Origin: Octopus sinensis
Lineage: Eukaryota
Reading direction: 5' to 3'
Length of the DNA: 64,000 nucleotides
Assembly: GCF_006345805.1 (NCBI RefSeq)
Contig: NC_042997.1
Coordinates: 161,448,001-161,512,000, forward strand
Part shown: positions 10,700-24,744 of the stretch, piece by piece
How positions within the stretch are numbered: position 1 is the stretch's first letter
Layout: each line of letters begins with the position of its first letter
The notes under the pieces: model-generated
The model's database searches: none
What the model was told of the DNA's origin: nothing
What the model saw: the letters and a program-made list of their open reading frames with translations, nothing else
Made by a program: the position numbers and the translations under genes

Positions 10700-12716
10700 T
10701 CTCATCATTATCATCATTTTCATTGTCATCATTGTCATTATTATCATTACATAACAGAAACAGCTTCCTTCAAGTAAAGGCATTGGTCAAAATATCAGAC
10801 TAGCACACAAACCTCTCCTATTTTACAAGCTTTGTTAACTTTTTCTCCAGTACAGACAGACACTGATTTTCTTAGATAATGGTTTTCTTTTGAATAAGAA
10901 TGTCATAATTTGATTAGAGTTTCTTTTAATTACCTTCCAATGGCCTTTCCTAAATTATAAGTCAAAGGATTTCTTTTCACACAAGAAGTTTGATGACATC
11001 AAAGCAAACTAAAAGACATAGTGGTCGGAGCCAATCTGAATAACAGTGATACATTTTTATAACCAGATATAAAATGATTACTTAGATTGACCAAAGATGT
11101 TTGAGTGAAATTTGGCTGCATGAAACTATGCAGGAGCTCGTTAGAAGGACCATGACCTACTTTTGGGTTGTCACACTGCATAATGCTGATTCTACTTGAG
11201 AATTACATTGAATTTATGTGTGTTTGTGACATATGAAGCTACTTTCTTCATTAATTTAATGGATTACTCATTCAGTTGATTGGATAACTAGGCACTCAAA
11301 CAATGAAATTGTTATGAGAGTCCATTATTTTTAATATAAATTCATTGGCTCAGATAGAGTTTGGCCTGCCCAAAACATGTCCTGAGTTGCTGCCCCTTTC
11401 CTGCCTACCACCACCCACACAAAAATTGTATATCACAGTATATACTAAGTTCCACCTCAAGAAGATGCAACTATGGTCACCCCATTCTGCTCCACTCCTC
11501 TCCCTTTAGCTAAACTAGAATATAAAATATGTTATCCATTAACTTCAATATTAAAATATACATGCAAAAGAAAAATAAATAACCAGAATTTGAAACTATA
11601 TCAAGAATATCAAAATATATAAAGATATTGTAAGAGATATTAGAATAAACAGCTTAAATGCTTTCATATTTAATTATCCAATTAAATTTTATGTGAAAAG
11701 GAGCAAATGAAACTTTGATCAGTAAGGTAAGTAAAGTATATCTTGATACATTTCTACATAAAATATTCCTGAGAAAGATAGAACATATAAATATAATTTG
11801 AAACATATAAGTGGTATATCTGGCAGCAAGGTTACTAGATGTGTACTTGGAACACAAGATGGGTGATATATCTGAGCATCTAATGGGGTTAAGAGAGAAG
11901 CATAAAACTATATTTAGAAAGTAAAACAAATACCATATTTCATTATCATATTTCAGCACAGAAATATAGGCTTATACATGTTTCTCTTCACATGTAAAAA
12001 AAAAAAAAAAAAAAGTAAAAAGAAAGTAAAAAAGATGCTACTTAAGAAAACTGTTGCAGAACTTAATGAACATTCATTTTCTCTTTTCAAATGTACCATA
12101 ATTTGTTCTGGCAATTAATATATAAGAGCAAAGTAAATTATAATGAAGGGGAAAGGAGTCTGAGCTATTTTTACCTCTTGTAAAGATTAAGCAATATTAG
12201 GTTAGCAGTAAATCTCGCAAACATCTCAATATACATATCATGTTTTCATGATATCCACACTATATACGTTCTTACAGAGCAAGCAGCTTACTACCAACCA
12301 AGGTAAATTGAATTGTATCCAGCATATTGTAAACTTAGTAGCTTCTCACCTGCTAGATAATACTTTTTTTCTAATCTTATGTTGATTAAAGATAAGAAAA
12401 AGACTTTAATGCAATTTAAAAAACTTATTTTTAAGCACTAAAACTTTTAAGTTGTTAAAATAAATTATACTTCAATTTTGTATCTATATATCACAATCTG
12501 TCTTGCAAACTACACACATGACACACACATGTGAACACACGTGCACATGCATACATGCACACACGTGCGCACGCACATACACACATACACACACACATAC
12601 AAAGATGTCTGTATGTGTAAACACCAAAAATATTCCTACACACATACATATGGATTGATAGATAGATAGATAACAAAACAGAGAGAGAGAGAGACATACA
12701 CATATATATATGTGTG

Positions 12717-12766
<50 letters not shown>

Positions 12767-13219
12767 TGTTTATACAGATATACTTTTTCTGTATCTCTTC
12801 CATTTTCCCCACTACTGCCACACCATAACCCCCACCTCTTCAGTACACTTTCATTACTTTAACCCTCCCACTGTAGTTCAATTTCTGCTACTGCTGTCTA
12901 CTTTAGTCACCCACTTTTCACATAGCCTTGAATGAATGGAGACAATTAAAAGTAATGAGATTTCCCCTGCTCTTAGTTTCATGAAGAACATGACAAACTC
13001 TCCATTGCTGGTGTCACAATGAATTGCACTAAGTACAACTCTAGAATAAGGATGGTATTATAAAGGATCTTCGACATAGAAACCATACCAAAAATGGAAT
13101 AGCAATTCTGATGTTGTCCTCCAACCAATTTAGGAGAGCAGAAACTTCAAAGTAAAAACTAATTTGAACCATTGTAACCTTTCCAACTCACACCAGCATA
13201 TATATACATGCATACATAC

Positions 13220-13440
13220 ATCATCATCATATAGCATCCATTTTCCATGCTGGCATGGTTTAGATGGCTTGACTGGAACTGTTAAGTCAGAAAGCTGTAC
13301 AAGGCTCCAGTCAGGTTTGCTTTGGTTTCTATGGCTGGATGCCTTTCCTAATGCCAACCACTCCAAGAATATAGTGGATGCCTTATACATGTCACCAATG
13401 CAGGTGTCTTTTATATGTCACCAGCACAAGTGTCTTACTC
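13220..13440 (-). mobile_element. RTE 3' UTR repeat (F3)
   Basis: (CAT)n tail, TTTTCCATGCTGGCATGG, CTGGATGCCTTTCCTAATGCCAACCAC on the plus strand. Confidence 0.75.
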
Positions 13441-13453
13441 ACATGTGCACACA

Positions 13454-13488
<35 letters not shown>

Positions 13489-13489
13489 A

Positions 13490-13830
13490 CATTCTTTTGT
13501 TCTTTTACACATTTCAGTCATTTGATTGTGGCCATGTGGGAGCACCACCTTAAGAGGTTTTAGTCAAAGAAATCAACCCCCAGAGCTTATTCTATTGGTC
13601 TGTTTTGCCAAACTGCTAAGTTACAGAGACATAAACACATGACCATTGCTTGTCAAGCGATGGGTGGGGGGAACAAACACAGAATCAAAGGCACACACAC
13701 ACAATATATATACGATGGGCTTCTTTCAGTTTCCATCTACTAAATCTACTCACAAGGCTTTGGTTGGCTCAAGGTTATAGTAGAATACACTCACCCAAGG
13801 TGCTATGCAGTGGGACTGAACCACACAGCA
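13490..13830 (-). mobile_element. tRNA-derived SINE, family F2 (CORE-like)
   Basis: Reverse complement of GGTTCAGTCCCACT..CACCTTGGG..GCCTTGTGAGT..GATGGAAACTGAAAGAAGCCC plus composite tail. Confidence 0.75.
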
Positions 13831-14155
13831 ACGCCTGCATGTAAAGATACTAACATATTTTCACAACTATAAATCTGTTTGGCATTGCAGTTAAGCTTCT
13901 ATTGCTATCTCACCGAGAATTGTCACATTCACCTATTTTGACTCTTTAGTCTTGTAAGTTGCAAGGCTGCCTTACTAATGCTGGTGTCAAAAAAAAAAGA
14001 AAAAAGCTCCCAGTAGCCACTGTAAATTGGTTGGTATTAGAAAAGACACCCATCCATGGAAATCATGCCAAAATAGACTAGAGTTTGAAGCAATCATCCA
14101 ACTCATCAGCTCTTTATTAAACTGTCCAACCCATTCCACCATGGGAAGCAGACAG

Positions 14156-14174
14156 ATGATGATGATGATGATGT

Positions 14175-14238
<64 letters not shown>

Positions 14239-14390
14239 GGTGGTGATGGTGATGGTGGTGATGGTAGTGATGATGATGATGGTGATGATGATGATGATGA
14301 TGATGGTGGTGGTTGTGGTGGTGGTGGTGGTGGTGGTGATGGTGATGATGATGATGATGATGATGAGGAGGAGGAGGAGGAGGAGGGGGG
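14156..14390. repeat. Compound (GAT)n/(GGT)n/(GAG)n microsatellite
   Basis: Direct; forms the tail of a degenerate F3 copy at about 13930-14155. Confidence 0.95.
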
Positions 14391-15164
14391 GAACAAGATA
14401 TTCATAAATTATAGTGCTTTCGAAAATGTAATTAACCTTTTAAAAACATAATTTAGATTACAAAGAATGTAATCTGGCTTGTAAAAGTAAACATTTAATT
14501 CATATTATTTATTCATAGATAAGAATATTAAAAAAAAAAAAACTTCTGTAATTATTTTCAAGTTATAACTGACTTTCACTTCATTGCAATAGTTAGATTT
14601 ATATCATACTTTCTGGTCTCCTCAGTTATTAAGTGCATAATTATATAGAAAACATCAATTAAATGCTAATTCTGTAGCTAATTTTATTTTATTATATCTA
14701 TTTTATTTTCAAAATTTCTGACCATTATTTTCATGTAATTTGCATCATCACACCAAATCAATATCATAATAATGTATATTGAACATTAAAAGCAATAATG
14801 ACTATCATCACCTTTTAAAATACCACTTTATTATCTCATATTTCTAAAATATTTATCACCATTTCTCAGTTTATCAAAAACATAATTATTTTCAGTATTT
14901 AGTTATGTCCTTTAATGTTCTAAGATCAAATCCTGCTGGACATAAGTTTAGCTTTCATCCTTTGGAGGTTGATAAAATAAATACCAGCTACTAAGGATCA
15001 AATCTGAGCTAAGTATAGTGTGCCAATTTTAGAAACCAATATTTTAAAAACAAATGTTTTCTGATTCCATATAAAGGTTATTAAAATTTAAATGACTTTG
15101 TGTTAAATACAAAAAATAATTATGTGAAAATAAGTGTGAAAATTTGATTCTTTATGACACTAGT

Positions 15165-15420
15165 ACGGTCTAGTGGTTAGGGTGTTGCACTCATGATCAT
15201 GAGATTGTGGTTTCAATTCCTAGATCAGGTGGTGCCTTGTGTTCTTGAGTAAAACACTTCATCTCACATTGCTGTGCAATCATTTTCACCTGACACGTGG
15301 TACATTATGAACCTGTTCAGGCAACGTCAATTTGATGAAGAGAGCGAGCATCATATATTTGATCACTAAAAGCAAAATCAATCGTGTAGATCGTTTAGTA
15401 AAATCTGAACACTCATACAT
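15165..15420 (+). mobile_element. tRNA-derived SINE, family F4
   Basis: GGTCTAGTGGTTAGGGTGTTG..GGTTTCAATTCC head; body matches 39172-39420. Confidence 0.65.
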
Positions 15421-15574
15421 CATCTTTGACAGGAGAGTCCATCATGTTATTAGTAATTATTTTATTGATTCCAATAATGTGATGGAAAAAAAGCCAATAC
15501 AAGCAATATTTGAATTATGAGAGTTGAAGTATTAAACCTGATCTAGTTTAGACTCAACATATCTTTTGTTTTTT

Positions 15575-16030
15575 TTTTTATCTTTTACTTGTATCAGTCA
15601 TTAGACTGCAGCCAAGCTGAGGCACCTCCTTGAAGAATTTTTAGTTGAATGAATTGACTCCAGGACATATATATTTTTAAACCTGGTACTTGTTCTATTT
15701 GTCTCTTTTGCTGAACAGCTAAGTTACAATGGATGTAAATACACCATCACCAGTTGTCAAGTGGTGGTGGGAGACAAAGACAGGCACAGACACAGCCACA
15801 CACACACCAACACACACACAGATACACACACACGACACGCATATATGCATACATATATATATATATATGCTATGGGCTTCTCTCAGTTTCCATCTACCAA
15901 ATCTACTTACTAGACTATGGTCAACCTGATGCTATTGCAGAAGACACTTACCCAAGGTGCTACACAGTGGGACCGAGCCCAGAACCATGTGGTTTGGAAG
16001 CAAACGTCTTACTACAAAGCTGCACTTATG
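15575..16030 (-). mobile_element. F2 SINE
   Basis: Same as other F2 copies. Confidence 0.75.
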
Positions 16031-16539
16031 CCTATATGATGTTAAATATTTTAGACTAAAACGCCATTTCAGTTTAGATACTTTTTGATAGTTTCTTTAA
16101 GAGTTAAAGCAGTGTGCATGACCTTTACTAACTCTCTGAGACTGGTTATTAATGCAGAAACACTTTCAAAAGAGATAAATGCTGGAGATCACTTTCTTTT
16201 ACAACATCTACATGAAGTTATTCTATCAGAATAAAAAAGCGAGTTACTAATTGCAATAGAACAATTTTTTGTAACTGAAATCATTTTACATTTAAAGATA
16301 CAAATTTTTAATTGGATATTCTTTGAAAAAACCAATTATAACCATTACTCTTTTTTTTTTTTTTATCACAAACATAGCTACAAGGCCTTATTGCATTGGA
16401 GTAGCTTTGTGAAAAGCACATTTCTTAAATTAATGAAGATGAGACCAGATGCAACTTTAGATTTAATGAGGTTGTTGATCTTGCCACCAATAGGGACTAC
16501 TGGTGAAGGGGATTCACTAGTACTGAGTGGGTGTGCAAC

Positions 16540-16870
16540 ATTTCTTACATTGTGGACTACCACTTATGGAAACAGGAGAAGAAATTGATATGGTTTATGT
16601 TCAGCTTAAATATCTGTAAGAGAACATCTGTAGGAAAAATGTAGGTAAGAAGAGAATTCCAGAAAGTTGATGCTCTGAAAAGAAAGGTTTTGGGAAAATT
16701 GGTTATTGCAGTGTATGCTTGGTGGTGTGGGGTGGCGAGTGAGAGACTGTTAGGAATGAGTGGAAGAGAAATGAATATATCAGTGAGACAGGGAAGGGGG
16801 GAGATGCAGTAAGCTAGTTTGTGAGGCTTGCCCAAATATCTCAGGCAACTAGCAACTATCTGTCTGTTCT
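16540..16870 (-). mobile_element. CR1-like LINE C-terminal remnant
   Basis: KTFLFRASTFWNSLLTYIFPTDVLLQIFKLNINH resembles the CR1 tail SFFPRT..WNSLP...FK..IN. Confidence 0.5.
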
Positions 16871-18577
16871 TCAACTCATGTAAAAGAAAAAAAAAAATGA
16901 AGAAATTAACTGCATTAAACATCAGCTTAAGATGTCAATGTAACCTAATAGTTATGTTATTTTTAGAACTAGAGTAAATCAGTTCATTTATGCTCCACTG
17001 ATAGATGTGCAACTAAATGAAATGAGGTCAAGGAATGAGGTTCTGTTTGGAAGGATTCCACTAATTAGCATGAATGGTACATCTCCAATATATGGGTACA
17101 ATATTTATATTTTAATGAGCCAAGAATTATTTAATTAATGTGGAGTTGCTACATGCTTAATTCTTTAATTAGGTTAATTGCTTGCACCTATGAGCTATTG
17201 TTATGCATTGCCATCATCATAATCATCATCATCATCATTCTTTCTATGCCTACTTATTCCAAGTTTGTATGGGTTGGATGAAACCTCTTGAGGTAGTGTT
17301 CTACAACTGAATTCCCTCTTTGATGCCAACACTTATTTGATTTGGTTAAAATGTACTTCTAACTCCATGTCTTCATACATTGCACTGAAGCTGGTTATTT
17401 CATTTGTGGCACACATAAACACCATCACTATGGCTGAAATGGTGTCATTATGTTACATATATCAGGCAATCTTTGAGTTTAGAGCAACATGTTCACTTTT
17501 ATCTTTGTTTTTTAGTTTTTTTCTTTGGGTTTTTTTTTTTGTAGGAGGAATAATTTTCCTTGTAATAATGAAATGTGGTTGTCTGTAGCAACCCGTTTTT
17601 TTTACATAGTTAAATAAATTTTGCATAAGTTTTGTAATTATACAAATTCGTCTTGCTAGTAATACAGCCATTATTAAGAGCTGTGTTGAATAACTGATTG
17701 ACAAATTTTTATCCATGTGTTGTCAGAAATTTGTAAACTGCAGCTAAAATAACAACTAGTAGTCAGTAGAAATAGGTAAGTACTAGTGACCAATTAAAAG
17801 ATAAAGATTGACCAAAGTAAAGGTAAGTAATAAATCATTAATGGAAAGTCCATTTCTGAAAAAATCAATTGAAAAGTTTCTTTTCATAAGTGGAAATTAT
17901 GTGGTAAACGTCAATCACATTTATATTCTATTTTAAATAACATAGACATGAATACCAATGACAAATTCTAAATTATTTCATATCATAGTCTCCCCAGAGG
18001 GCACATTGAATCATTAAACACTGGATTAAGTAGGACATTGAACTTTTTAAAAAATTATTAGCAAAATGTTTTAATTTAAGATTTACTTTTAAATCTCTGA
18101 GAAAAAAAATCTTCACCAGCTGCTTAACATAATGAAAGCAGCAGAAATCTGACAAAGTAAAAGTTGGCATCTAACAAATGATTTTATCTTTAATATATAT
18201 TTTGTCAGATTAACTGTAAAAATGTTATAGGTTTTCTTTAAAAGATACTCTAAATCTGGAAACATTTTTATTCATGTAAGAAGAATGTAAATTACCACTT
18301 AATTATAGGAGTTTATTTATACTGGAACTCATCAAATTCAAAAACGATCAAGCATGTTTAGAATACTAGAAGTAAAAATATAAGGATATTTATATTCTGA
18401 AAGATAGTTTTTATATTTTGCTGCAAATATTTTTATTGTTATTTGAAATAATAAAAATGTCATCTCTTTTCTACATCATTCTCTCCTAATAAACAGTTAC
18501 TTTAAAATGACTTAGTAGGGAGCAGACAATCAAAATATTTAAAGTATCTTCCATAATATAGATCAGCATTCAAAACA

Positions 18578-19200
18578 TCATCACTTAACATCTGCTTTCC
18601 ATGCTGGCATAGGATGGATGGTCTGACTGAAAGAAGGTGGTGAACTGGCAGAAACGTTAGCATGCCCGGCAAAATGCCAAGCCGTATTTCGTCTGCCGTT
18701 ACGTTCTGAGTTCAAATTCCGCCAAGGTCGACTTTGCCTTTCATCCTTTCGGGGTCGATAAATTAAGTACCAGCTACGCACTGGGGTCGATGTAATCGAC
18801 TTAATCCATTTGTCTGTCCTTGTTTGTCCTCCCTGTGTTTAGCCCCTTGTGGGTAGTAAAGAAATAGGATGGTTTGACTGAAAACTAGTAAGCTGACAGG
18901 GCTGCACCAGTTCTGATCTGATTTGGCAAGGCTTCTAAAGCTGGATGCCCTTCCTAATGCCACCCACTCTGAGAGTGCAGTCAGTGTTTTTTATGTGCCA
19001 CCAGTACAGGTTCTTTGACCTGACGCTGGCATTGGCCATGACTACGGTCTCACTTGGCTTGACCAATCTACTCAAGAACAGTATATCGCCAAAGGTCTTG
19101 GTCACCTCTCACTGCCTCCATGAGGCCCAACACTCGAATAGTGCTTTTTATGTGCCACTGACACAGATGCCAGTCAAACAGCACTGGCATCAGCCATGAC
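18578..19200 (-). mobile_element. RTE 3' UTR repeat (F3) interrupted by an F1 SINE; includes RTE ORF C-terminal piece at about 19050-19140
   Basis: F3 motifs either side of the insertion; 19060-19130 matches the RTE fragment at 59767. Confidence 0.8.
18633..18867 (+). mobile_element. Young F1 SINE, long-tail variant, with 16-bp TSD
   Basis: TSD GATGGT(C/T)TGACTGAAA at 18617-18632 and 18868-18883. Confidence 0.92.
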
Positions 19201-20164
19201 TATGATTTCTCTTGATTCTATGATTTCAGAACACAATTAATTAGCAATATATAAAATAGAATTATGTAATATATATTTTTCATCAAGTATTTTCACAAAT
19301 CACTTGATATCTTAGCTATTTCAGTGACTTTAAAAATAAGTAAGTGATGTTTTTTCTAAAAGAACCATGAAGTCTTTAAAGGAGGAGAAATTACTCTGAT
19401 TTTGCTACTAATGAAACTCTTTGACAGAAAGGAATACAGAAAGAAACAGGGAGAGAAAATAAAAAAGGTTTAGTGGTTAGCAATCTATCATGGCAAATGC
19501 TGGACAGAGGGGTCACACAGGAGAGATAGGAAGAAGGGGAGATAATAAAGTATGGTGGTTGTGTGATGTGGTGGTATGTGGTATGTGGTGTGATGTGGCA
19601 AGATGTGGTGAGGTGGTGTATGGTGTGGTGTGGTGGTGTTGGGATGTGTGAGAGGCAAGGATGGGGTGTGGGTTGGGGTGAGGGTAGGGATGGGGTATGT
19701 GGGAGTGGGGTGTAAGGGACGGGGTGGAGGTGGGATGGAATGTATAGGGATGGTGGGGTTGGAATGTGTAGGGGTGGGATAATGAGGGAGGTGTGACAAT
19801 GAAGAGAGAGGGTGGAAGGGAGAAGGTGGGTAGAAGTGAAGAAAGGAAGGAGGTGTCAGAGCAGGAGAGGAGAAGTGGTTGGAAAGAAGTAGGTGTAAGA
19901 GGAAGAGAGGAGAGAGGAAGGGGTTAGATGAAGAGGGGAGGAGATTTGAGCCCATATAGCGCAAAGGAGCGATATTTATATATGGTGGGCTTACTTGAGT
20001 GAAACAGTGAATGATGTTTACATTTCTTTTTGACATTATAATTGATTGTTCTGTACTTTTGAAGTATGTCAATGGAGAAATATTACCTTGCTTGGAAACA
20101 GTGTTAGTGAAAGGAAGCAAATCTGGTGATAGAACATCTATCTCAGTGAAATCTATCTAATGGT

Positions 20165-20330
20165 TTCAAATTTTGGTACACGACCAGCAATTTTGGAGGA
20201 GGGGGTAAGTCAGTTACATTGACCAGTGTTCAACTGTTATTTTATTCACCCTGAAAGGATGAAAAGCAAAGTCAATCTTTGCGAAATTTGAACTCAGAAC
20301 ATAGATCTGGAAGAAATGCAATGAAGCATT
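20165..20330 (-). mobile_element. F1 SINE, short-tail variant
   Basis: GAAAGGATGAAAAGCAAAGTC..GAAATTTGAACTCAGAAC on the plus strand. Confidence 0.7.
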
Positions 20331-20807
20331 TTACAAGGCCAAATTTCAGAAACAATGAGGGAAGAGATTGCACTGAATGTGATAAACCAGCAAAAGGGAG
20401 CAAACAAGTAAATATATTTATTAGAGCAATAATGACAACTGAATGTGTCATTCTGTCACATACATGCACACACAAATGAACACATACACACATCCACGCA
20501 TATAAGCACTCTCTCTCTCTCTTTCCCTCTCTCTCATACAACATATACACTCACTCAGAATAAATAAATAAATAAAAAGTTGATATCTACCCCAGCTCTC
20601 AAAGAAAAGAAGAGGGATGGGCTCCACCCAAATTAAATACCTAAGACATGCTGTGTGTCCTATTCAGAGCTATACTAAGGTAGATGCTATGGATGATGTA
20701 GCACCAGGCCAATCAGATTCTATGGAAGCAATACAGATGGTCACTGAATTAGAAGAGTCTAATGATGGAGGTGATTTTGACAACTGTTTGCATCCCCTTT
20801 GAGATGG

Positions 20808-20980
20808 TTAACTCTTTAGCACTTAACCAGCCATATAAAGCTCCTCACATCTGCCCTACCATATCATTCTAAAAATAAATATCATCAAAATTTCAAAGAT
20901 ATGAGATAATGCATGATTAATTCAAAGCAATGTGAATAAACATTACAATTGACAGAATAATCTGAATGTTAAAGGATTAA
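20808..20980. mobile_element. TTAA-flanked MITE (piggyBac-like), family B
   Basis: TTAA at both ends, CYCTTT/AAAGGA termini; reverse complement of 33108-33317. Confidence 0.7.
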
Positions 20981-20999
20981 AGGCCCATGATTGAAAAAA

Positions 21000-21800
21000 T
21001 TAGAAAGGTTTTTCTTTTGTGGGGTATTGAGACTTATTGTTACACATTGCCAAATAAAGGGATAGACCACTGTAGAGAGAGAAATAATGAAGAAACTGGT
21101 GATAAAATGACAATAGGAGCTGTTTGGTAGAGAGTTGTTTGATGGTGATAGAAGTGGGGCAATTTCTGTATGGGTTGGAATGATAAGAGGAGTTTTGCAT
21201 TTAGCAAATATGTGTACATAGGGTTGTGACTAACATGTAAAAGCAGACTATGGTGTGGTGGGAGGATGTGACTTGTTCTACCTTTATTATGTCATGCTAA
21301 TGAGCACTAAGATAGTGATGCCAGACTAATTCTAGATTTGGAAGTGAGAAAGAGATCATGAGTATTTAGGTGCCTGCCAGGGGATAGGATATATGTAGGA
21401 GTGGGTAATAACTAGTGCAGATTGTCAAGAGTAGAAGCAATTTGGCTTCTATGTCATCAGCATTGATGTTAGATGTGTGTGATAGCCAAAAGAAGATTTA
21501 TGCATTGAAATCAGCTAAGAAGATAAATTTAGATAAAGGTCAATTGATGAGAGTGAAGACCTTGAAGAAGGACATGAGAAAGCTGAACAACTGCTGTTAG
21601 AGGTTAAATGAATCTTAGGAGTGATAGCCAATGCAGATGATCTTAGAGGAATGTAGAAAAGACACTTTGAACAAGAGTAACTAGAAGTCATTGCTACTAA
21701 AATGCAGGTGAGAGAGAAGTGATTGCTAGAATAGACTTCATGTGTGGAATACCAAACAGTGTTACATGATAGAGAGTAGACTGGATAACAAATATGCTTA
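21000..21800 (-). mobile_element. Highly degenerate CR1-like reverse transcriptase remnant
   Basis: TSNINADDI near 21440-21480 resembles the YADD box; other motifs are weak. Confidence 0.4.
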
Positions 21801-21981
21801 GAGATGGATCTGATATCACTTTCTTGACCTTTAAATTTTAATTCACCTTAGCAGAATTTGAACTCAAAACCAAAAGGAATGTAACTATAAACCTTGAAGA
21901 AGGAAAAGCAGAGGTCTTTGTTTTGTTTTATCTGAACTTTGTAATTATTTGTATTAGTTTTCTTCTATTTTTTATTAGATA

Positions 21982-22560
21982 CTAGCAGTAATACCTGTCG
22001 TTGATCTGGTAATTACTTTTACTGTTTCTTGGGAGCCACATTCAAGGTATTATTATATATATAATTTACTCCTCCTGTATGTGTGTTTTTATAATAATTG
22101 AAGTAGAAAAAAGATCAATTTCATACATGAGCTTCTGTTTGTTTATTATATGACAATAATAAGTGAGTTGTATGAGTTATTTCATTTATTAATACAGCAA
22201 TGGCTATTATATAACACATACATACATACAACTGCTCACAATAACAGAGATTACTGTATAATTTCTTCTATGCCCATAATTTTTGGTTTACAATATTGAA
22301 AAAATATATTCCACCAAAGAAAAGATGTAATCTCTCCAGAAATCAGTATAACTGGTATGCGAAGAATGAAAACAGCATCACCTTTACCATAACCAGTGAG
22401 AATATTTGCCTCAATGCAGTTGTTCATAGCTTTGTGCACAATTAGTGTTGTACTGTTGCATGATTTTTGTTGAGACAAATTAGGCAATAGCATAATAGGA
22501 GATATAGGAAAAGCATAATAGCTTCCCTTGAACCATTTACCTTCATTTTGGTGGACAAAC
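21982..22560 (-). mobile_element. Helitron remnant (PIF1-like helicase fragment plus 3' CTAG end)
   Basis: PIMLLPNLSQQKSCNSTTLIVHKAMNNCIEANILTGYGKGDAVFILRIP matches Helitron helicase consensus PIMLLRNL..LCNGTRL..IEA.ILTG..G..VFIPRIP; CTAG|T terminus at 21982-21985. Confidence 0.75.
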
Positions 22561-22595
22561 AAATGAACAAACACACACACAGACAGAATCTCTCT

Positions 22596-22633
<38 letters not shown>

Positions 22634-24744
22634 ATAAGATAAGAAGAAAAAGCATAATAGAAGTTCTCTCATTGCACAAGGTCCATGCCTCTCTGTATCT
22701 GTAGTAAATATTATCTTTCTATATAATTTTTTTTTCTGCTGAATCTTGCTAGCTCACTTAGCATCCAGTTCAGAATATTTCAACAATAACTTATTACTGA
22801 GACAGTGAAAGAACTGATGTCTATTACCTTATTTTACAATATATTTAGCACTGTTTTAAGTATTAACCAAATGTGTCTATAATATTCCTCTGTAATCCTT
22901 TTTCCCCATTTCATTGATTCTTAAGTATTTGTAATATCTGGGTTTTTTTAATCAAGCATGAAATTAACGTTCTCAATTTTCCTTTCCTCAAGTTTTTTTT
23001 GGCACAGTTTTGTGATCCAATGTTTGCATCATTTTCTTCAATAATTTTATGTACTGTCTAAAAAAGTGTTCTTAATTATGCATCATTTACAACATACAAC
23101 TTGAGGTTATCCATATAACTAGCATTTTGCTTAATATAATGGTTAACGTGTTAACACCAGGTAGAAGAAAACTAGGGAGAAGGAAATTTTTTTGGAATAT
23201 CATCTTTTGATGAAGATGGGTTTAGTTTTTATAAATTCTTCTTTTATCTGTAAATGTAGGCCTACTATTTACTTATATATTTAATGTATTTGCTTCTTAT
23301 TAATTTTACTCTATTCATGGCTAATGTTTCCAGTGTCTAAACTTTTGAAACTACCACTCTTTGATTCCCAGGCCACATCCCAATCCATCTTCACAGATAC
23401 ACTTCCAACTTCACTTTCAGTTTACTACATATTTAAAATCTACCCTAACACTATTTTCTAAATAAAACTTATCCTAATAAAGCAGTTTATTTATGAAAGA
23501 GCATATATTCATCTGACCTGTAACTACATCGTTTTCACATATAAGACGGATATACTTGGTACAAAGGCTTTAGCTTCTCATCATCTCAGGGAAAGGCAAA
23601 AAGAAAATAATTGAGTTTCCTATTTTCAGTAAATTTTCAGCAAATTTTCAGTTTGTTCCTTTGGAAAGAAACCGGGCAGCTGCAATAAAGCCTTGCTCTA
23701 CTAAATATAATGTTAGGAAAACAAAGTATGTCCTGACCTTGTCCCACAGTGCAGGGTAGAGGTCATCATTATATAAGTTTTGTAAACTTTAGGCTCAGCT
23801 CACTGTCATTTGGAATGAATTTAATTCTTCCTTTACTATTTAACCTTCTTCATTGCTAGATACTATTAGAAATATCTAAGATTGGACTGAACATCTAGCT
23901 TGGTATTTTAAGCAAAAAAATAAAAAAGAGCCTGAAATCTGTCAGACAAATCTCAGCGCAGCCTATCCAGGTGTACATAATACACTTGAAGGTTCTTGTT
24001 TGGCATGCTCTTCTTCTACAATTCAAAGTGACTCAAAAAGTGGGACAAGTTCACAAAATACTATATTAAATTTGAATATTTGTAATATTTTTGTGTTTGG
24101 AGGACTTTGAGAGGGTTTGGATACTTTTGTTGTTACAAAGTAACTTTGTTGAGCCTTGTGGATTCATCTGACAAGTAATACTATAGCTTTGTGTTTCTTA
24201 GTTAAATAGAAACAGCTCAGTCAGTTTCTCTTTGACAGCTAACACCTGGGTGCAACAACAAATATTCAAAAGTCTTCATTTCAGTGCAGTAACATAGAAA
24301 CAGTTTGAAAATGAAAATATCTACAGTCTGTAAGTCAGGAATTCAGGAATTCTGTTGGAACAGTTAGAAATTCCATAGTGTCTGTAGATGCTAATGAAAT
24401 AATTACATGTGTTTTCATAATTTAGATTTAATATGGATAGGTTCTTGCTTTATTTTACAGATTTCAAATCATAAATTTGAAACCTTTCAAATTGTAAATT
24501 TTGGCACGAAAAATATAGTTCAGTCTTAGCAGCTAAAATGAACTAAAAATAAATTAATGGAGTAGGCAAACTTTCATATCTAAATTACAGCTTTACAAGG
24601 GATAAAAATAAGCAATTTTTATAGAAGTTAGTAAATAGAGAAACAATAATCAGATTCCAGTTACATTCTTAATTCCATTTAGGCAATGTGTGATGATATC
24701 ACTATAAATTCAATCCTGATATAATATTTTGATAATTAATAGGC

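Noticed and set aside
12278-12302. 25-nt micro-exon with strong AG/GT sites
   Set aside because: Too short to distinguish from chance; an overlapping minus-strand candidate exists; no supporting neighbours.
15165-15235. tRNA-like sequences here and at F1/F2 heads
   Set aside because: A and B boxes are present but no complete cloverleaf, and each continues into a SINE body.
20617-20802. 61-aa non-repetitive ORF
   Set aside because: No recognisable motif or splice context; length compatible with chance or TE debris.
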